Positions 30,336 to 44,906 of a stretch of 64,000 nt of DNA are shown in pieces. Position 1 is the first letter of the stretch. Each line of letters begins with the position of its first letter. Position numbers and translations under genes: made by a program. This DNA comes from Microcoleus sp. (GTDB lineage: Bacteria; Cyanobacteriota; Cyanobacteriia; Cyanobacteriales; Microcoleaceae): positions 4,544,001-4,608,000 of the forward strand of contig CP181291.1 in assembly GCA_052279835.1 (NCBI GenBank). Reading direction: 5' to 3'. The notes below the pieces were generated by a model, which was given only the letters and a program-made list of their open reading frames with translations, was not told where the DNA came from and made no database searches.

Positions 30336-30743
30336 CGCTGTCTCCTGTAAGAGAGTTTCCACTGACAATTGTGACTCAAAATTCACCAATTTGTCTTCCT
30401 CCAGCGGAGGATTTTTAGCTTGGACAAAAAAACCTCCGCTTGCGGGCGCAGGTTTTTTTGCAATTACCAGTTCAGAAGGCAAAAAACAGCAAGATTGCTT
30501 GCCTAATAAATTCTGAGCATTCTCGTAAATAAGCCCAGTATTTTGGCTGTCAGCAACATCAAAACAGTTTTTTCTGATGCTCTCTGAAATCCTAGGGCTG
30601 GTAAATTTTAGATTTGAGATAATGGCATGGGATTTGAGATTTGAAAATTGCCCATGATGCCCACAGATTAATCCGGGGGCTGGTTCTGGTGTTAATCCCT
30701 AATCCCTAATCCCAAATTTGAATGTGGCAGGAATCGGTAGGAT

Positions 30744-30860
30744 TTAGGCGTCACTTTCAATGTAAATAAACAACAAACCCATGACCACAACTGGCATCAG
30801 CCAGGTAATGAGCGGAATCAAGATCCAAGGCAAAAAAGAAGCGGCGTATGAACCTGTCAT
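30744..30860 (-). CDS. psaI: Photosystem I subunit VIII
   Basis: Manual translation [38 protein letters not shown] (not in the ORF track). Confidence 0.95.
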   Translation of the reverse strand: MTGSYAASFLPWILIPLITWLMPVVVMGLLFIYIESDA

Positions 30861-30922
30861 ATCAAATTCTCCCAGCTAAAGTTAATGTGTTCCAACAGAG
30901 GTATTTCCGAGTAGGGTCTAAT

Positions 30923-31426
30923 TTAATTGACCAAACCGCGGAAAATGGCATCGACGCCCTTAAAGTTTTCGAGTAAGAAGTAGGCAGCAAAGACACCGCT
31001 CATGCCACCAACAAAGAAACCAGCGGTAAGTTGGCTCCAGCCTTCGCCCGTTTTGAGGGCTTCGGGAGTCATGGGATTGGCGCTGGGGTAGGTAGTATTT
31101 TCTTTGAAAGATACCAAACCGTAGGCAGACATACCTGCTGTGCCCAGTAGAACTAAGGCGAGGGCTGTAATTAGTCCACCAAGATTAGCTGCTTCTGGAT
31201 AGTCCCGCAGTGGTCCGAAGACGATTTCTGGGCCGACGAGGAAATAACCGTGAGCCAAGCCGATTTCTAGACCTCGAACTAGGGGGGAGAGTCCTTTACG
31301 GTAGGCTGGCAAATTGCCAATGAATGCTTTGGTAAAATCCGAAGCACTAATGGGAGTTGCTAGATGACCCGTGAAGGGGTCGCCGTTAAAGGGTTGAATC
31401 ATTTCTGCATTTCTGGGGTCGGCCAT
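30923..31426 (-). CDS. psaL: Photosystem I subunit XI
   Basis: GDPFTGHLATPIS, NLPAYRKGLSP, RGLEIGLAHGYF. Confidence 0.95.
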   Translation of the reverse strand: MADPRNAEMIQPFNGDPFTGHLATPISASDFTKAFIGNLPAYRKGLSPLVRGLEIGLAHGYFLVGPEIVFGPLRDYPEAANLGGLITALALVLLGTAGMSAYGLVSFKENTTYPSANPMTPEALKTGEGWSQLTAGFFVGGMSGVFAAYFLLENFKGVDAIFRGLVN

Positions 31427-31540
31427 ATTTAGTTTCTCCTCGGTGTGAAAGAAAGTTGAGGCGTTCAAGTCATATTTTACGCAGGGACGTGTAGCCTATT
31501 TGCAAAATTGGCTGCGAGCTTTAGAAAAGTTCACTATTCT

Positions 31541-32254
31541 TTAGTTTTGAGAATAATTTTTCTTTTGTCCTCTATACCAGAAAGCGAGTCGATCGGGCGA
31601 TAATCCCAGAAAATAACCAATAATTACTATTTGATTGATGGCGGTGGTTTTGATTACCCCAAGCTGCTGCCAGCGGCGGGCGGAGGTGAGGACTGCCATA
31701 GGTACTATTTCGATGCGGCCTTGTTTTTTCAATCGGCGCACAAATTCAAAGTCTTCCATAACTGGCAAGTTAGGAAAGCCACCGATGTGGTTAAAGGTAT
31801 CTGTTTTCAGGAAAAGGGCTTGATCCCCGTAGGGCATTTGTAGCAAGTGCGATCGGCAGTTTACCCCTGTTTCTACTAGCCGCAGGCTGAGTAAAGGGGC
31901 ATCTATCTTGAGTTCAAAGGCTCCCGCCACTATGGAGGGATTGGTGAGTGCTTGACGGGCGCGAGTGTCATAGCCCTGGGGTAAATGAGTGTCTGCGTGA
32001 AGAAACAAGAGGATGTCTCCTGTGGAGGCGGCAGCACCTGCATTCATTTGGGTAGCCCTCCCTGGGGTGGTGAAAATCGTTCGATCGGCTTCATATTTGG
32101 CTATTTCAGCAGTGCCATCCTGACTGCCGCCGTCAGCGACTATTATTTCGACATTTTCGGCATTGCGAGCGGTGGAGATGACTTGGGCGATCGTAGAAGC
32201 TTCGTTTAAGACGGGAATGATAATAGAAATTTTGAGATTTGCAGTTTCAGGCAT
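31541..32254 (-). CDS. GT2 glycosyltransferase, TIGR04283-like
   Basis: ISIIIPVLNE, GRATQMNAGA, FLHADT, PYGDQ, TSARRW. Confidence 0.85.
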   Translation of the reverse strand: MPETANLKISIIIPVLNEASTIAQVISTARNAENVEIIVADGGSQDGTAEIAKYEADRTIFTTPGRATQMNAGAAASTGDILLFLHADTHLPQGYDTRARQALTNPSIVAGAFELKIDAPLLSLRLVETGVNCRSHLLQMPYGDQALFLKTDTFNHIGGFPNLPVMEDFEFVRRLKKQGRIEIVPMAVLTSARRWQQLGVIKTTAINQIVIIGYFLGLSPDRLAFWYRGQKKNYSQN

Positions 32255-32267
32255 ACAAAATAAATAA

Positions 32268-32390
32268 GGGTGCATCTCAATGAGTGCCAATATATTCGTA
32301 GGGGCTATAGCATGACCGCTGTAAATCTCTGGTTATCCCTAATAAATTGTCTCCGGTCATGCTTCGCCTATGCAAAATCGGGATGCTCCC
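32268..32390. mobile_element. MITE/REP-like element
   Basis: Ends gggtgcatc/gatgctccc; inner inverted repeat agcatgaccg/cggtcatgct preceded by GTAGGGG. Confidence 0.6.
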
Positions 32391-32713
32391 ATAAATAACG
32401 CCGTTAGAGTGGGGGTTTTTTACAAAGCTTAAGGTATCATTTGCCAATTTATGCCACTCCTGCAATTACCTATTACCTATCCTGCCCTTACCGATGACCT
32501 CACCTAAATGAGAAAGAATATATCTGCTATTACTTACTTTTTCTCGCGCCTGAGAGAATTCTCTCAAGCGCTGTCTAACCACTACTGAGAGTCAGTATTT
32601 GGATAGACAAATACAATTACTATATTATGACTTTGTGGTTTCATAAGCAAGTAATTAATTGTAATTATTGATGATAATTACTAATGAATTAGGCTGATTT
32701 AGCCTGGTTTTAA

Positions 32714-33331
32714 TTATCGCAAAATATTGATATCTAAACCGATAAGATCCTCTGGTCGATCGATATCTATTAAAGTAGGGAGAACACCAATATTTAGACC
32801 GAGATTTTGGGCGATCGCCAGCGTGTCAGCAAAGACTTCACTGCTTCCCCAGTGAATCCCGTCGAACAATTCAGGTATCAGGCAACGCAGCCCGATTAGA
32901 TAATAACCTCCATCTTTTGCAGGGCCCAAAACTAAATCTTTGTCACTGAGAGCGTCAAAAGCTTTGGCCAGAATCTGTTCTTTTAATTTGGGGCAATCAG
33001 TGCCGATAATTGCTACTTTTTCAATACCCCAATTAAAAGATTTTTGAAAGGCTGCGAGCATTCTTGCGCCCAAATCTCCGTCCGACTGTTGATGATAAAC
33101 AATCTCAGTTCCCAACCAGTCTTCCATTAGTTGCTGGCTGCTCCCTGTGTAGTGAATTTCTACGGATAATTGGCGGGAATTTTGAAGAGAGAGGGCGCGG
33201 GCGATCGTCCGTTGAGTCATCAGGCGGTGAAGGTTGGCTGCTCCTTCTTTTCCCAGTACGGGAATTAATCGAGTTTTGGCTTTTCCTGGTGCTGGATAGC
33301 GAGTGAAAATAATTAGTTGTTCTGAAATCAT
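32714..33331 (-). CDS. DUF2064/TIGR04282-like glycosyltransferase
   Basis: PGKAKTRL, GDLGARM, IGTDCP, GPAKDGGYYLIG, DIDRPED. Confidence 0.85.
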   Translation of the reverse strand: MISEQLIIFTRYPAPGKAKTRLIPVLGKEGAANLHRLMTQRTIARALSLQNSRQLSVEIHYTGSSQQLMEDWLGTEIVYHQQSDGDLGARMLAAFQKSFNWGIEKVAIIGTDCPKLKEQILAKAFDALSDKDLVLGPAKDGGYYLIGLRCLIPELFDGIHWGSSEVFADTLAIAQNLGLNIGVLPTLIDIDRPEDLIGLDINILR

Positions 33332-33433
33332 TTATCGTCCCTGATGTTTAAAGGAATGACTTAATTGCATCGCTGCGCCCAACCCACCCTAGAAGAGATT
33401 GATTATTAACCGTGAAGGGTCAACAGTGAACTG

Positions 33434-34402
33434 TCAACTCATTTCTAGCATTCGCTGAATCGGTTTTAAAGCTGCTAGTTGCAGTTCTTGAGGCATGGTA
33501 ATTTCTGGGGTTTTATTTTTCATCGTTAGATACAATTTTTCCAAGGTATTCAATCTCATATGTGGACATTCATTGCAAGCACAAGTATTGTTGTTGGGAG
33601 GCGCGGGAATAAAGTGTTTGTGAGGTGTTTGCTTTTGCATTTGGTGAATGATTCCCGGCTCAGTCGCTACAATGAAAGCACTGCTGGAACTAGCTTGAGA
33701 ATATTTGAGTAAAGCTGTGGTGGAGCCGATATAGTTGGCATGGCGGAGTACGGGAGGTTCGCATTCCGGGTGGGCAATGATTTCGGCTTCGGGATTTTCG
33801 ATTTTTAGTTGAACTATCTTTTTTTCTGAGAAGTTTTCATGGACGATGCAAGCTCCTTGCCACAGTTCCATTTTTCTACCGCTTTCTTCCATGACGTAAC
33901 GACCGAGATTGCGATCGGGCCCAAAAATTATCGGCTGGTTTTCGGGGATTTGGTTGACAATTTTTACGGCGTTGGAACTGGTGCAAATAATATCGCTCAT
34001 TGCCTTAATTTCGGCCGTACAATTAATGTAGGAAATTACCAAATGTCCTGGTCGATCGGCTTTGAAAGCTGCAAAGGCTTCGGGAGGACAACTATCGGCG
34101 AGGGAACACCCAGCATTCAAGTCGGGCAACAAGACTAATTTGTCGGGATTGAGGATTTTGGCGGTTTCTGCCATAAAATGGACACCGGCAAACACGATGA
34201 CGTCGGCATTGGTGTTGGCTGCTTTCCGGGCTAGTTCCAGGGAATCACCAATGAAATCGGCGATGTCTTGAATGTCTGAGTCTTGGTAATAATGGGCGAG
34301 AATGACGGCGTTCAACTCTTGTTTGAGGGCTTTAATGGCTGCAAACAAGTCATCGGGCAGTCTGCTTTCGGTCAGGTTGGGAGAACGTGCGGTGGTAAAC
34401 AC
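33434..34402 (-). CDS. nadA: Quinolinate synthase A
   Basis: ILAHYYQ, GDSLEL, GVHFMAE, AGCSLAD, AHPEC, CPHM. Confidence 0.95.
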   Translation of the reverse strand: MFTTARSPNLTESRLPDDLFAAIKALKQELNAVILAHYYQDSDIQDIADFIGDSLELARKAANTNADVIVFAGVHFMAETAKILNPDKLVLLPDLNAGCSLADSCPPEAFAAFKADRPGHLVISYINCTAEIKAMSDIICTSSNAVKIVNQIPENQPIIFGPDRNLGRYVMEESGRKMELWQGACIVHENFSEKKIVQLKIENPEAEIIAHPECEPPVLRHANYIGSTTALLKYSQASSSSAFIVATEPGIIHQMQKQTPHKHFIPAPPNNNTCACNECPHMRLNTLEKLYLTMKNKTPEITMPQELQLAALKPIQRMLEMS

Positions 34403-34594
34403 AGTTAAAATATTCCGCGAAAGGTGGTGAAGAAAGCTAAAGTGTACTTTGAATTATAGTTGAATTCACCAAAAAAGACTGGTAGTTCCGTTGAACCCAT
34501 CTAAAATATAAAATTGGCTGGGGGGATGTGTAAAAATTGGTCGCTGTTTCCTATGCTGATAAGAGGGGGGAAGCGATCGCAAAGGGCAAATCAA

Positions 34595-35509
34595 ATGAAT
34601 CAGACTAAATCTATCAAAATTGCAGTGGTGGGGGATGTTCACGATCAGTGGGAAGTGGAAGACGGCGAGGCCCTAAAGCATCTGGGTGTTGATTTGGTGC
34701 TGTTTGTGGGGGATTTTGGGAATGAGTCGGTGGATGTGGTCCGGGCGATTGCCCAATTGGATATTCCGAAAGCCGCTGTCTTTGGTAATCACGATGCTTG
34801 GTACACGGCGACGGATTGGGGCCGCAGTAAGTGTCCCTATGATCGCCAACAAGAAAATCGCGTCAAACAGCAAATAGACTTAATGGGAGAAGCTCACGTC
34901 GGTTACGGCAAACGAGATTTTCCCGAATTGGGCTTAACAGTCGTAGGAAGTCGCCCGTTTACGTGGGGCGGATCGGATTGGAAGTACGGCGATTTTTACT
35001 CGGAGTGGTTTGGGGTAGAGAGTTTTGAGGAGTCGGCGCAACGTATTGCACTTGCGGCTGCGGACGCTGATTGCGAAAATGTGATTTTTTTGGGTCACAC
35101 AGGCCCGACTGGCCTAGGAGAGGCTCCTGAAGATGTCTGCGGGCGAGATTGGAAGCCATTGGGAGGGGATTGGGGCGATCCCGATTTTGCAGAGGCGATC
35201 GAGAAAACTCGTAATTCTGGGAAGCCGATACCTCTGGTAACTTTTGGGCATATGCACCATCAACTCCGCCACATCAAACACGAGTTTCGGAAATCGGTGG
35301 TGAGTGCCAAGGGTACGGTGTATGTGAATGCAGCTAGGGTACCGCGCATTGTGGACAGAGATTGCTCGAAACTACGAAATTTCTCGATCGTGGAACTGGA
35401 TACGGGAGTAGTGTCGGAAGTATCTTTAGTGTGGGTGGGTAAAGATTTCTCTGTGGAAACAGAACAAATTCTTTATCGGCGGACTGAATCTGCAACTACT
35501 TGTGGTTAG
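34595..35509 (+). CDS. Metallophosphoesterase, TIGR04168 (DevT-like)
   Basis: GDVHD, VGDFGNE, GNHD, FGHMHH. Confidence 0.8.
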   Translation: MNQTKSIKIAVVGDVHDQWEVEDGEALKHLGVDLVLFVGDFGNESVDVVRAIAQLDIPKAAVFGNHDAWYTATDWGRSKCPYDRQQENRVKQQIDLMGEAHVGYGKRDFPELGLTVVGSRPFTWGGSDWKYGDFYSEWFGVESFEESAQRIALAAADADCENVIFLGHTGPTGLGEAPEDVCGRDWKPLGGDWGDPDFAEAIEKTRNSGKPIPLVTFGHMHHQLRHIKHEFRKSVVSAKGTVYVNAARVPRIVDRDCSKLRNFSIVELDTGVVSEVSLVWVGKDFSVETEQILYRRTESATTCG

Positions 35510-35543
35510 CGACAACTACTGGTATGATGGAGTTTATCCACCT

Positions 35544-35628
35544 GGAGAGGTGGCAGAGTGGTCGAATGCGCCTGACTTGAAATCAGGTGAACTGAAAGGT
35601 TCCGTGGGTTCAAATCCCACCCTCTCCG
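35544..35628 (+). tRNA. tRNA-Ser(TGA)
   Basis: GGAGAGG/CCTCTCC acceptor stem, TGA anticodon, long variable arm, GTTCAAATC. Confidence 0.95.
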
Positions 35629-35848
35629 TCGCTTTTTTTTGTTTACTGCCCAGGGTTTTGATTTCATTGCAAAGTCTTTTGGATTCTCCATTTCAAAATG
35701 ACAACGGTCAAATTGACGGCTTAGCCTTTCAATGTTCCTTATGCTCGACTAATTGAGTTGTGGGAATATATCGAGACTAACAATGGCATAAAAACAACAA
35801 AGCCCCTTTCTAGAAGAGAGAAAGAGGCATTATGTGTGGTAAATAAAT

Positions 35849-35967
35849 CCCAGGCATCGAGCTATTTTCTCAGGCAGTGACCCGCCAAATATCTTCGCCA
35901 CCGCAGCGTTTAACAACCGAGTTCGGGATGGAATCGGAGTGGTGCCACTGCGTCATAGACACCTAGA
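35849..35967 (-). rRNA. rrf: 5S rRNA
   Basis: ccatcccgaactcggttgttaaac core; follows the 23S gene. Confidence 0.93.
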
Positions 35968-36030
35968 AAAACTGTGGGGTGTAGAACCCTGAAGACTGCA
36001 CAGACACAAAGTAATCACCATCTAAAATTG

Positions 36031-38932
<2,902 letters not shown>

Positions 38933-39129
38933 AACATCATTTACTGATGGTCTTTGGTGAGCGATGCTGATTTCTCAGTTTTCTCACCTGTTTGATGATT
39001 ACTTTGTCTCTATGCAGTTTTCAAGGTTCTTACTAGAGTCGAGACTCCAGCATTCTGACTAGCTTTCGGCTGGTCTAGGTGCTGATTTCTACTTGATCTG
39101 TGTTATTTCTGGGCTTTGTTGAGTGAGAG

Positions 39130-39202
39130 TGGAGGTAAGCGGACTCGAACCGCTGACTTCCTGCGTGCAAGGCAGGCGCTCTACCAACTGAGCTATACCC
39201 CC
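39130..39202 (-). tRNA. tRNA-Ala(TGC) in the ITS
   Basis: GGGGGTATAGCTCAG...TGC...GTTCGAGTCC. Confidence 0.95.
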
Positions 39203-39289
39203 ACTAAGCTAGTGCGTCATTTTTCTGTGCCACATTCAGGACTTTTGGTTCCTTGACTGCACACTGAAAATTCTTCACTTGTTTCCAGG

Positions 39290-39363
<74 letters not shown>

Positions 39364-39480
39364 GTTACCTGAACCCTTTAATAGTTTGAAAGCTTTGACT
39401 CTATTATCTCGAACGACCAGGGATGACTGATTCTAGACCTTGATTGTTTAGGTTCGGTCTGTCTTCAGATGGTCTCCCTA

Positions 39481-40971
<1,491 letters not shown>

Positions 40972-41221
40972 GTTGAGTTTTTTTCGGCTCGTCAAGTTGT
41001 TTTCCGGTTATTTTGGCGATTAGGCCTGATTTCCTTCTTTTTTACTTGACTTTTTTCTCGTTGTTTGTGATATTAAGTATCAGCTACTGCTTTTACTCTC
41101 TATCTCTAATTTTTTGACGAGGTTAATAGTGCTTTAAGCTTTCAAACTATTCTTTTTTCTAGGTTCGGTGTTTACCTTCCGGTTGTGGTTCAGTGAACCG
41201 CTTCCCTTCCGGCGCTTTATT

Positions 41222-41250
41222 AATATACTTATTCCGCAAGATGTTGTCAA
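41222..41250 (-). promoter_or_regulatory. rRNA operon sigma70-type promoter
   Basis: TTGACA-17 nt-TATATT upstream of the 16S leader. Confidence 0.8.
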
Positions 41251-41499
41251 GCGTTTTGTGAAATTATTTTGGAGTTTTTTTTAATCCTATACACCGTATG
41301 GCTTTCGGCTCTTAAGAATCCCTCGGCTATCCTACAAGCTGATCCCTTTTTCGCCATTAGTCTCAAGAGTGACCCGGAAAGTGGGTTTTTGGGCGGGACT
41401 GTGCTTGGGGTAGATAGCATTTTTATGGGTAGAACATCATGGGACTAATCATGTCAGCAGGTTAGGAGTACATATATATGTACTAAGCGTCAAGATATT

Positions 41500-41822
41500 G
41501 ATGCCATCGACGGGAAGTGGTCTTGGCTACTGTGGGTCGATCGCCCTTGGATGACCCCAAACTTTATACTTACGAGATCCGTCAGAAAGTTAGGTCCCGG
41601 ATCAAAGTCGTTGGCGCGAGCAAAAGTGAAGTGGGGCAGATGTGGAACAGAGCCTGGTAACACGATAGAGTTATAGATCGAGCAGTCCATGGATTAGAGA
41701 AGGGAGTGAAGGTCTGCCCAAATAGCTGACTTCCCACGGTGGTACTTTGGTAGCCGGCAGGTAATGCCGATCGAAAGACCGATCGCATAAAATGAAGTGA
41801 AACCAGCTAAGGCTCCTCAAAA
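41500..41822 (+). mobile_element. Probable group II intron remnant (domain I portion, no RT)
   Basis: gcgagcaaaagtgaagtg, gggcaga/tctgccc pairing, gtgaaaccagctaaggctc resemble cyanobacterial group IIB domain I (recalled similarity); boundaries approximate. Confidence 0.5.
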
Positions 41823-42126
41823 TCAAACCACAGTTGAGATGGCATTACCTTGGGAAGGACTTTCTCCACTCACACACCATCTCACGGGCCTTGACAAAAT
41901 TGGCTTTACTCGAAAAAAAAAGACACCAGCCTACAGTAAGCGCGATCCAGCTTTCGCAACAGAGGTTTTTCGCTCCGTGGTAAACTCTGCTCCTAGAGAA
42001 GATTGTCGATCGAGAGTTAAACAAGTTTTCCGTGTCAATCCAGCCGAAACATCAAACAGCGTTGGCGGTAAGGGGATATCTCAAGGCGCGATCGTCACAA
42101 ATCTCAAATCCCAAATTCAAAATCCC

Positions 42127-43995
42127 ATGAGTTACTGCCTAAATCCTAACTGTTCCAAGCCAGAAAACCCCGACGCAGCCAAACTATGCAAAAATTGTCG
42201 CTCGAAACTGCTCCTGCGCGATCGCTATCGAGCACTCAAGGCGATAGGACAAGGCGGTTTTGGCAGAACATTGCTCGCCGTTGACGAAGACAAACCCTCA
42301 AAGCCTCGCTGCGTCATCAAACAATTTTTACCCCCGGAAACCCCACTAATCCCCTCAGCCAGTAATCGTAACAGCAAAAAAGCAGCCGAACTTTTTGAAC
42401 AAGAAGCAATGCGATTAGACGAATTAGGCAAACATCCTCAGATTCCCGAATTATTAGCATATTCCATCCAAGACAACCGACAATATGTAGTCCAAGAATT
42501 TATCGACGGGCAAAACCTAGCGCAAATTGTAGAAACCGAAGGCATTTTCACAGAAAGTCAAATTCAAGACTTACTCAATAGCTTACTACCCGTACTTCAC
42601 TTCATTCACTCACACAATGTTATTCACCGAGATATCAAACCAGCAAATATAATTCGTCGTGCCGACCAACAATTAGTTTTAGTAGACTTTGGGGCAGCCA
42701 AAATTGCCACAGGTACAGCATTACTCAAAACAGGAACCAGCATTGGTAGCCCCGAATACATCGCCCCAGAACAAGCTAGAGGCAAAGCATTTTTCACCAG
42801 CGACTTATACAGTTTAGGGGTAACTTGCCTTTATTTACTAACTCAAGTTTCCCCATTTGACCTGTTCGATCCGGGTGAAGATACGTGGATATGGCGACAG
42901 TATTTAGGCAACAACTCAGTTTCTGAAGAATTGGGTCAAGTTTTAGACAAAATGATTGAAAATGCTACTAATCGGCGCTATCAAACGGCGGCTGAAGTAT
43001 TAAAAATATTGAATCCCAAAGCTACTATAAATTTGACGACTCCGCAAATAAATAGCAAGCCCACTCAAGCTATATCCCCGGTCACTCCGCGCCAAAAGCC
43101 GACTAATAACTGGCAATGTATTCACACATTGACAGGTCATAAAAATTTAATTTCCTGTGTTGATTTCAGCCCGAACGGAGAAGTTATCGCTAGCGCCAGT
43201 GATGACAAAACCATCAAACTTTGGCGAGTAGAAACAGCAGCAGAAATTACTACCCTAAGCGGACATACTAACTCCATTCATACAGTAGTATTTAGCCCTA
43301 ATGGAGAGATATTGGCTAGCAGCAGCCACGACAAAAATATCAAATTTTGGCGAATGAAAGATGGTCTAGATATTTGCACCCTTACTGGTCACACTAACTC
43401 AGTTTATGGCTTGGCTTTTAGTCCCGATGGTGAAACTATTGCTAGTAGTAGTTGGGACAAAACAATTAAAATTTGGCGAGTTAAAGATGGGCAAGAACTT
43501 CGCACACTAGCGGGTCACATAAACTTAGTTTATTTTGTGGCTTTCAGTCCCGATGGAGAAATTTTGGCTAGCAGTAGTTGGGACAGAACAATTAAGATTT
43601 GGCGAGTCAAAGATGGGAAACTACTTCGGACGCTTACCGGACATACAGACTGCGTGCGCTGTATCGCTTTTAGTCCCAACGGAGAGTTTCTTGCCAGTGG
43701 CAGTCACGACAATACTATCAAAATTTGGTGGGTGAAAGATTGGCAAGATATTTTAAGTATTACAGGTCATTCTTGGTATGTGGATTCCATTGCTTTTAGT
43801 CCTGATGGCGAGAGTATTGCCAGCAGTAGTAATCAAATCATCAAGATTTGGCAAGTCAAAAATGGTGAAGAAGTTTGTAATATTGCCGGTCATACAAATT
43901 CCGTTTATTCAGTTAATTTTAGTCCCGAAGGAGAATTGATTGCTAGCGGTAGTAGTGATAAAACAATTAAGATTTGGCAGAACGTTAGGGTGTAA
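42127..43995 (+). CDS. Ser/Thr protein kinase with N-terminal 4-Cys motif and C-terminal WD40 repeats
   Basis: MSYCLNPNC, GQGGFG, HRDIKPAN, DFG, APE; seven GH...W repeats. Confidence 0.93.
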   Translation: MSYCLNPNCSKPENPDAAKLCKNCRSKLLLRDRYRALKAIGQGGFGRTLLAVDEDKPSKPRCVIKQFLPPETPLIPSASNRNSKKAAELFEQEAMRLDELGKHPQIPELLAYSIQDNRQYVVQEFIDGQNLAQIVETEGIFTESQIQDLLNSLLPVLHFIHSHNVIHRDIKPANIIRRADQQLVLVDFGAAKIATGTALLKTGTSIGSPEYIAPEQARGKAFFTSDLYSLGVTCLYLLTQVSPFDLFDPGEDTWIWRQYLGNNSVSEELGQVLDKMIENATNRRYQTAAEVLKILNPKATINLTTPQINSKPTQAISPVTPRQKPTNNWQCIHTLTGHKNLISCVDFSPNGEVIASASDDKTIKLWRVETAAEITTLSGHTNSIHTVVFSPNGEILASSSHDKNIKFWRMKDGLDICTLTGHTNSVYGLAFSPDGETIASSSWDKTIKIWRVKDGQELRTLAGHINLVYFVAFSPDGEILASSSWDRTIKIWRVKDGKLLRTLTGHTDCVRCIAFSPNGEFLASGSHDNTIKIWWVKDWQDILSITGHSWYVDSIAFSPDGESIASSSNQIIKIWQVKNGEEVCNIAGHTNSVYSVNFSPEGELIASGSSDKTIKIWQNVRV

Positions 43996-44197
43996 TTTCA
44001 GAAGCAGGAAGAAAGTCCAAGGACTACGTTTATCCATCCACCTAGTCTAGTCCTTGGGTGGTTGTAGCCCAAGGATTACGATCGGGGGTAAAACAAGCTT
44101 TCTATTTGCCCAAATATCTCCGAATCAGGATTTTATCCGGAATAATAGCCAAAGCCAAAGATATATGGAGAGAAGTTCCCGATGCCCCGATGGAGGA

Positions 44198-44653
44198 ATG
44201 CCACCTAAAGCCCACTTAGAATCTCACCTGACGGCAGAGGAACTCAAAATTCGCTACCGGCAGGCCGAAAACACTACAGAGTCCCGTCGCTGGCACTTGC
44301 TATTATTGGTTTCCAGAAATTGGACTATCAAAGAAGCGGCTCAAGTTATAGGTATTAACTACGACTATGCCAAAGAAATTGTCCAGCGCTATAACCGGGA
44401 AGGACCTGACTCTGTGAGAAACCGCAGTGGAGACCGCCAGCCACCTCCTGCTAAATCTTTGCTGAATCCAGAACAGCAAGAAGAACTGCGACAAGCGCTG
44501 CAAGGGTTAGCCCCCGATGGGGGAAATTGGACGGGGCCCAAAGTAGCTCGCTGGATTGCCGAAAAGACTGGTAATAATCATGTCTGGCCACAACGTGGCT
44601 GGGACTACCTGAATCGCTTGGGTGCCGATGGGCCGCGCCGACGGCGAAAGTAG
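44198..44653 (+). CDS. IS630-type winged-HTH protein without a DDE domain
   Basis: ELKIRYR..ESRRWH, PDGGNWTGPKVARWI, QRGWDYL; start could be 44165. Confidence 0.7.
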   Translation: MPPKAHLESHLTAEELKIRYRQAENTTESRRWHLLLLVSRNWTIKEAAQVIGINYDYAKEIVQRYNREGPDSVRNRSGDRQPPPAKSLLNPEQQEELRQALQGLAPDGGNWTGPKVARWIAEKTGNNHVWPQRGWDYLNRLGADGPRRRRK

Positions 44654-44664
44654 ATTGTATATAG

Positions 44665-44736
44665 TAGACATCTCGCAAAAAGCTGGTCTTGAGCAGGCTG
44701 TCGGGCCTGTAACAGCGGAATTCTGAGAGATTTCTA
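44665..44736. mobile_element. Short TAGACATCTC-family MITE
   Basis: tagacatctc...gagatttcta ends; same end as 57418-57703. Confidence 0.55.
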
Positions 44737-44748
44737 ATATATGGTGTG

Positions 44749-44771
44749 GGGCGATTAATCGCCCTTTTTTT
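44749..44771 (+). terminator. Palindrome followed by a T-tract
   Basis: gggcgattaatcgccc-ttttttt. Confidence 0.55.
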
Positions 44772-44906
44772 GATCTAGCATCGCCGTTGATTTTTACTAG
44801 GATTCCTCAGTCTGACATCGAGAATCTAGAATCGAAAATCTAAAATGGTTTGACTCCTGTAACCATAGCTGCTTATATTGAGTGTGGTGGTGTTCAGGAG
44901 TTGACC

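Noticed and set aside
32277..32465. 62-aa ORF or riboswitch
   Set aside because: Largely explained by the MITE/REP at 32268-32390
35502..35756. ORFs over tRNA-Ser and a possible integration site
   Set aside because: The ORFs are tRNA shadows; no integrase or duplicated tRNA 3' end was seen
41797..42126. 110-aa N-terminal extension of the kinase
   Set aside because: MSYCLNP at 42127 is the family-typical start; the upstream frame runs over non-coding and heptamer-repeat sequence
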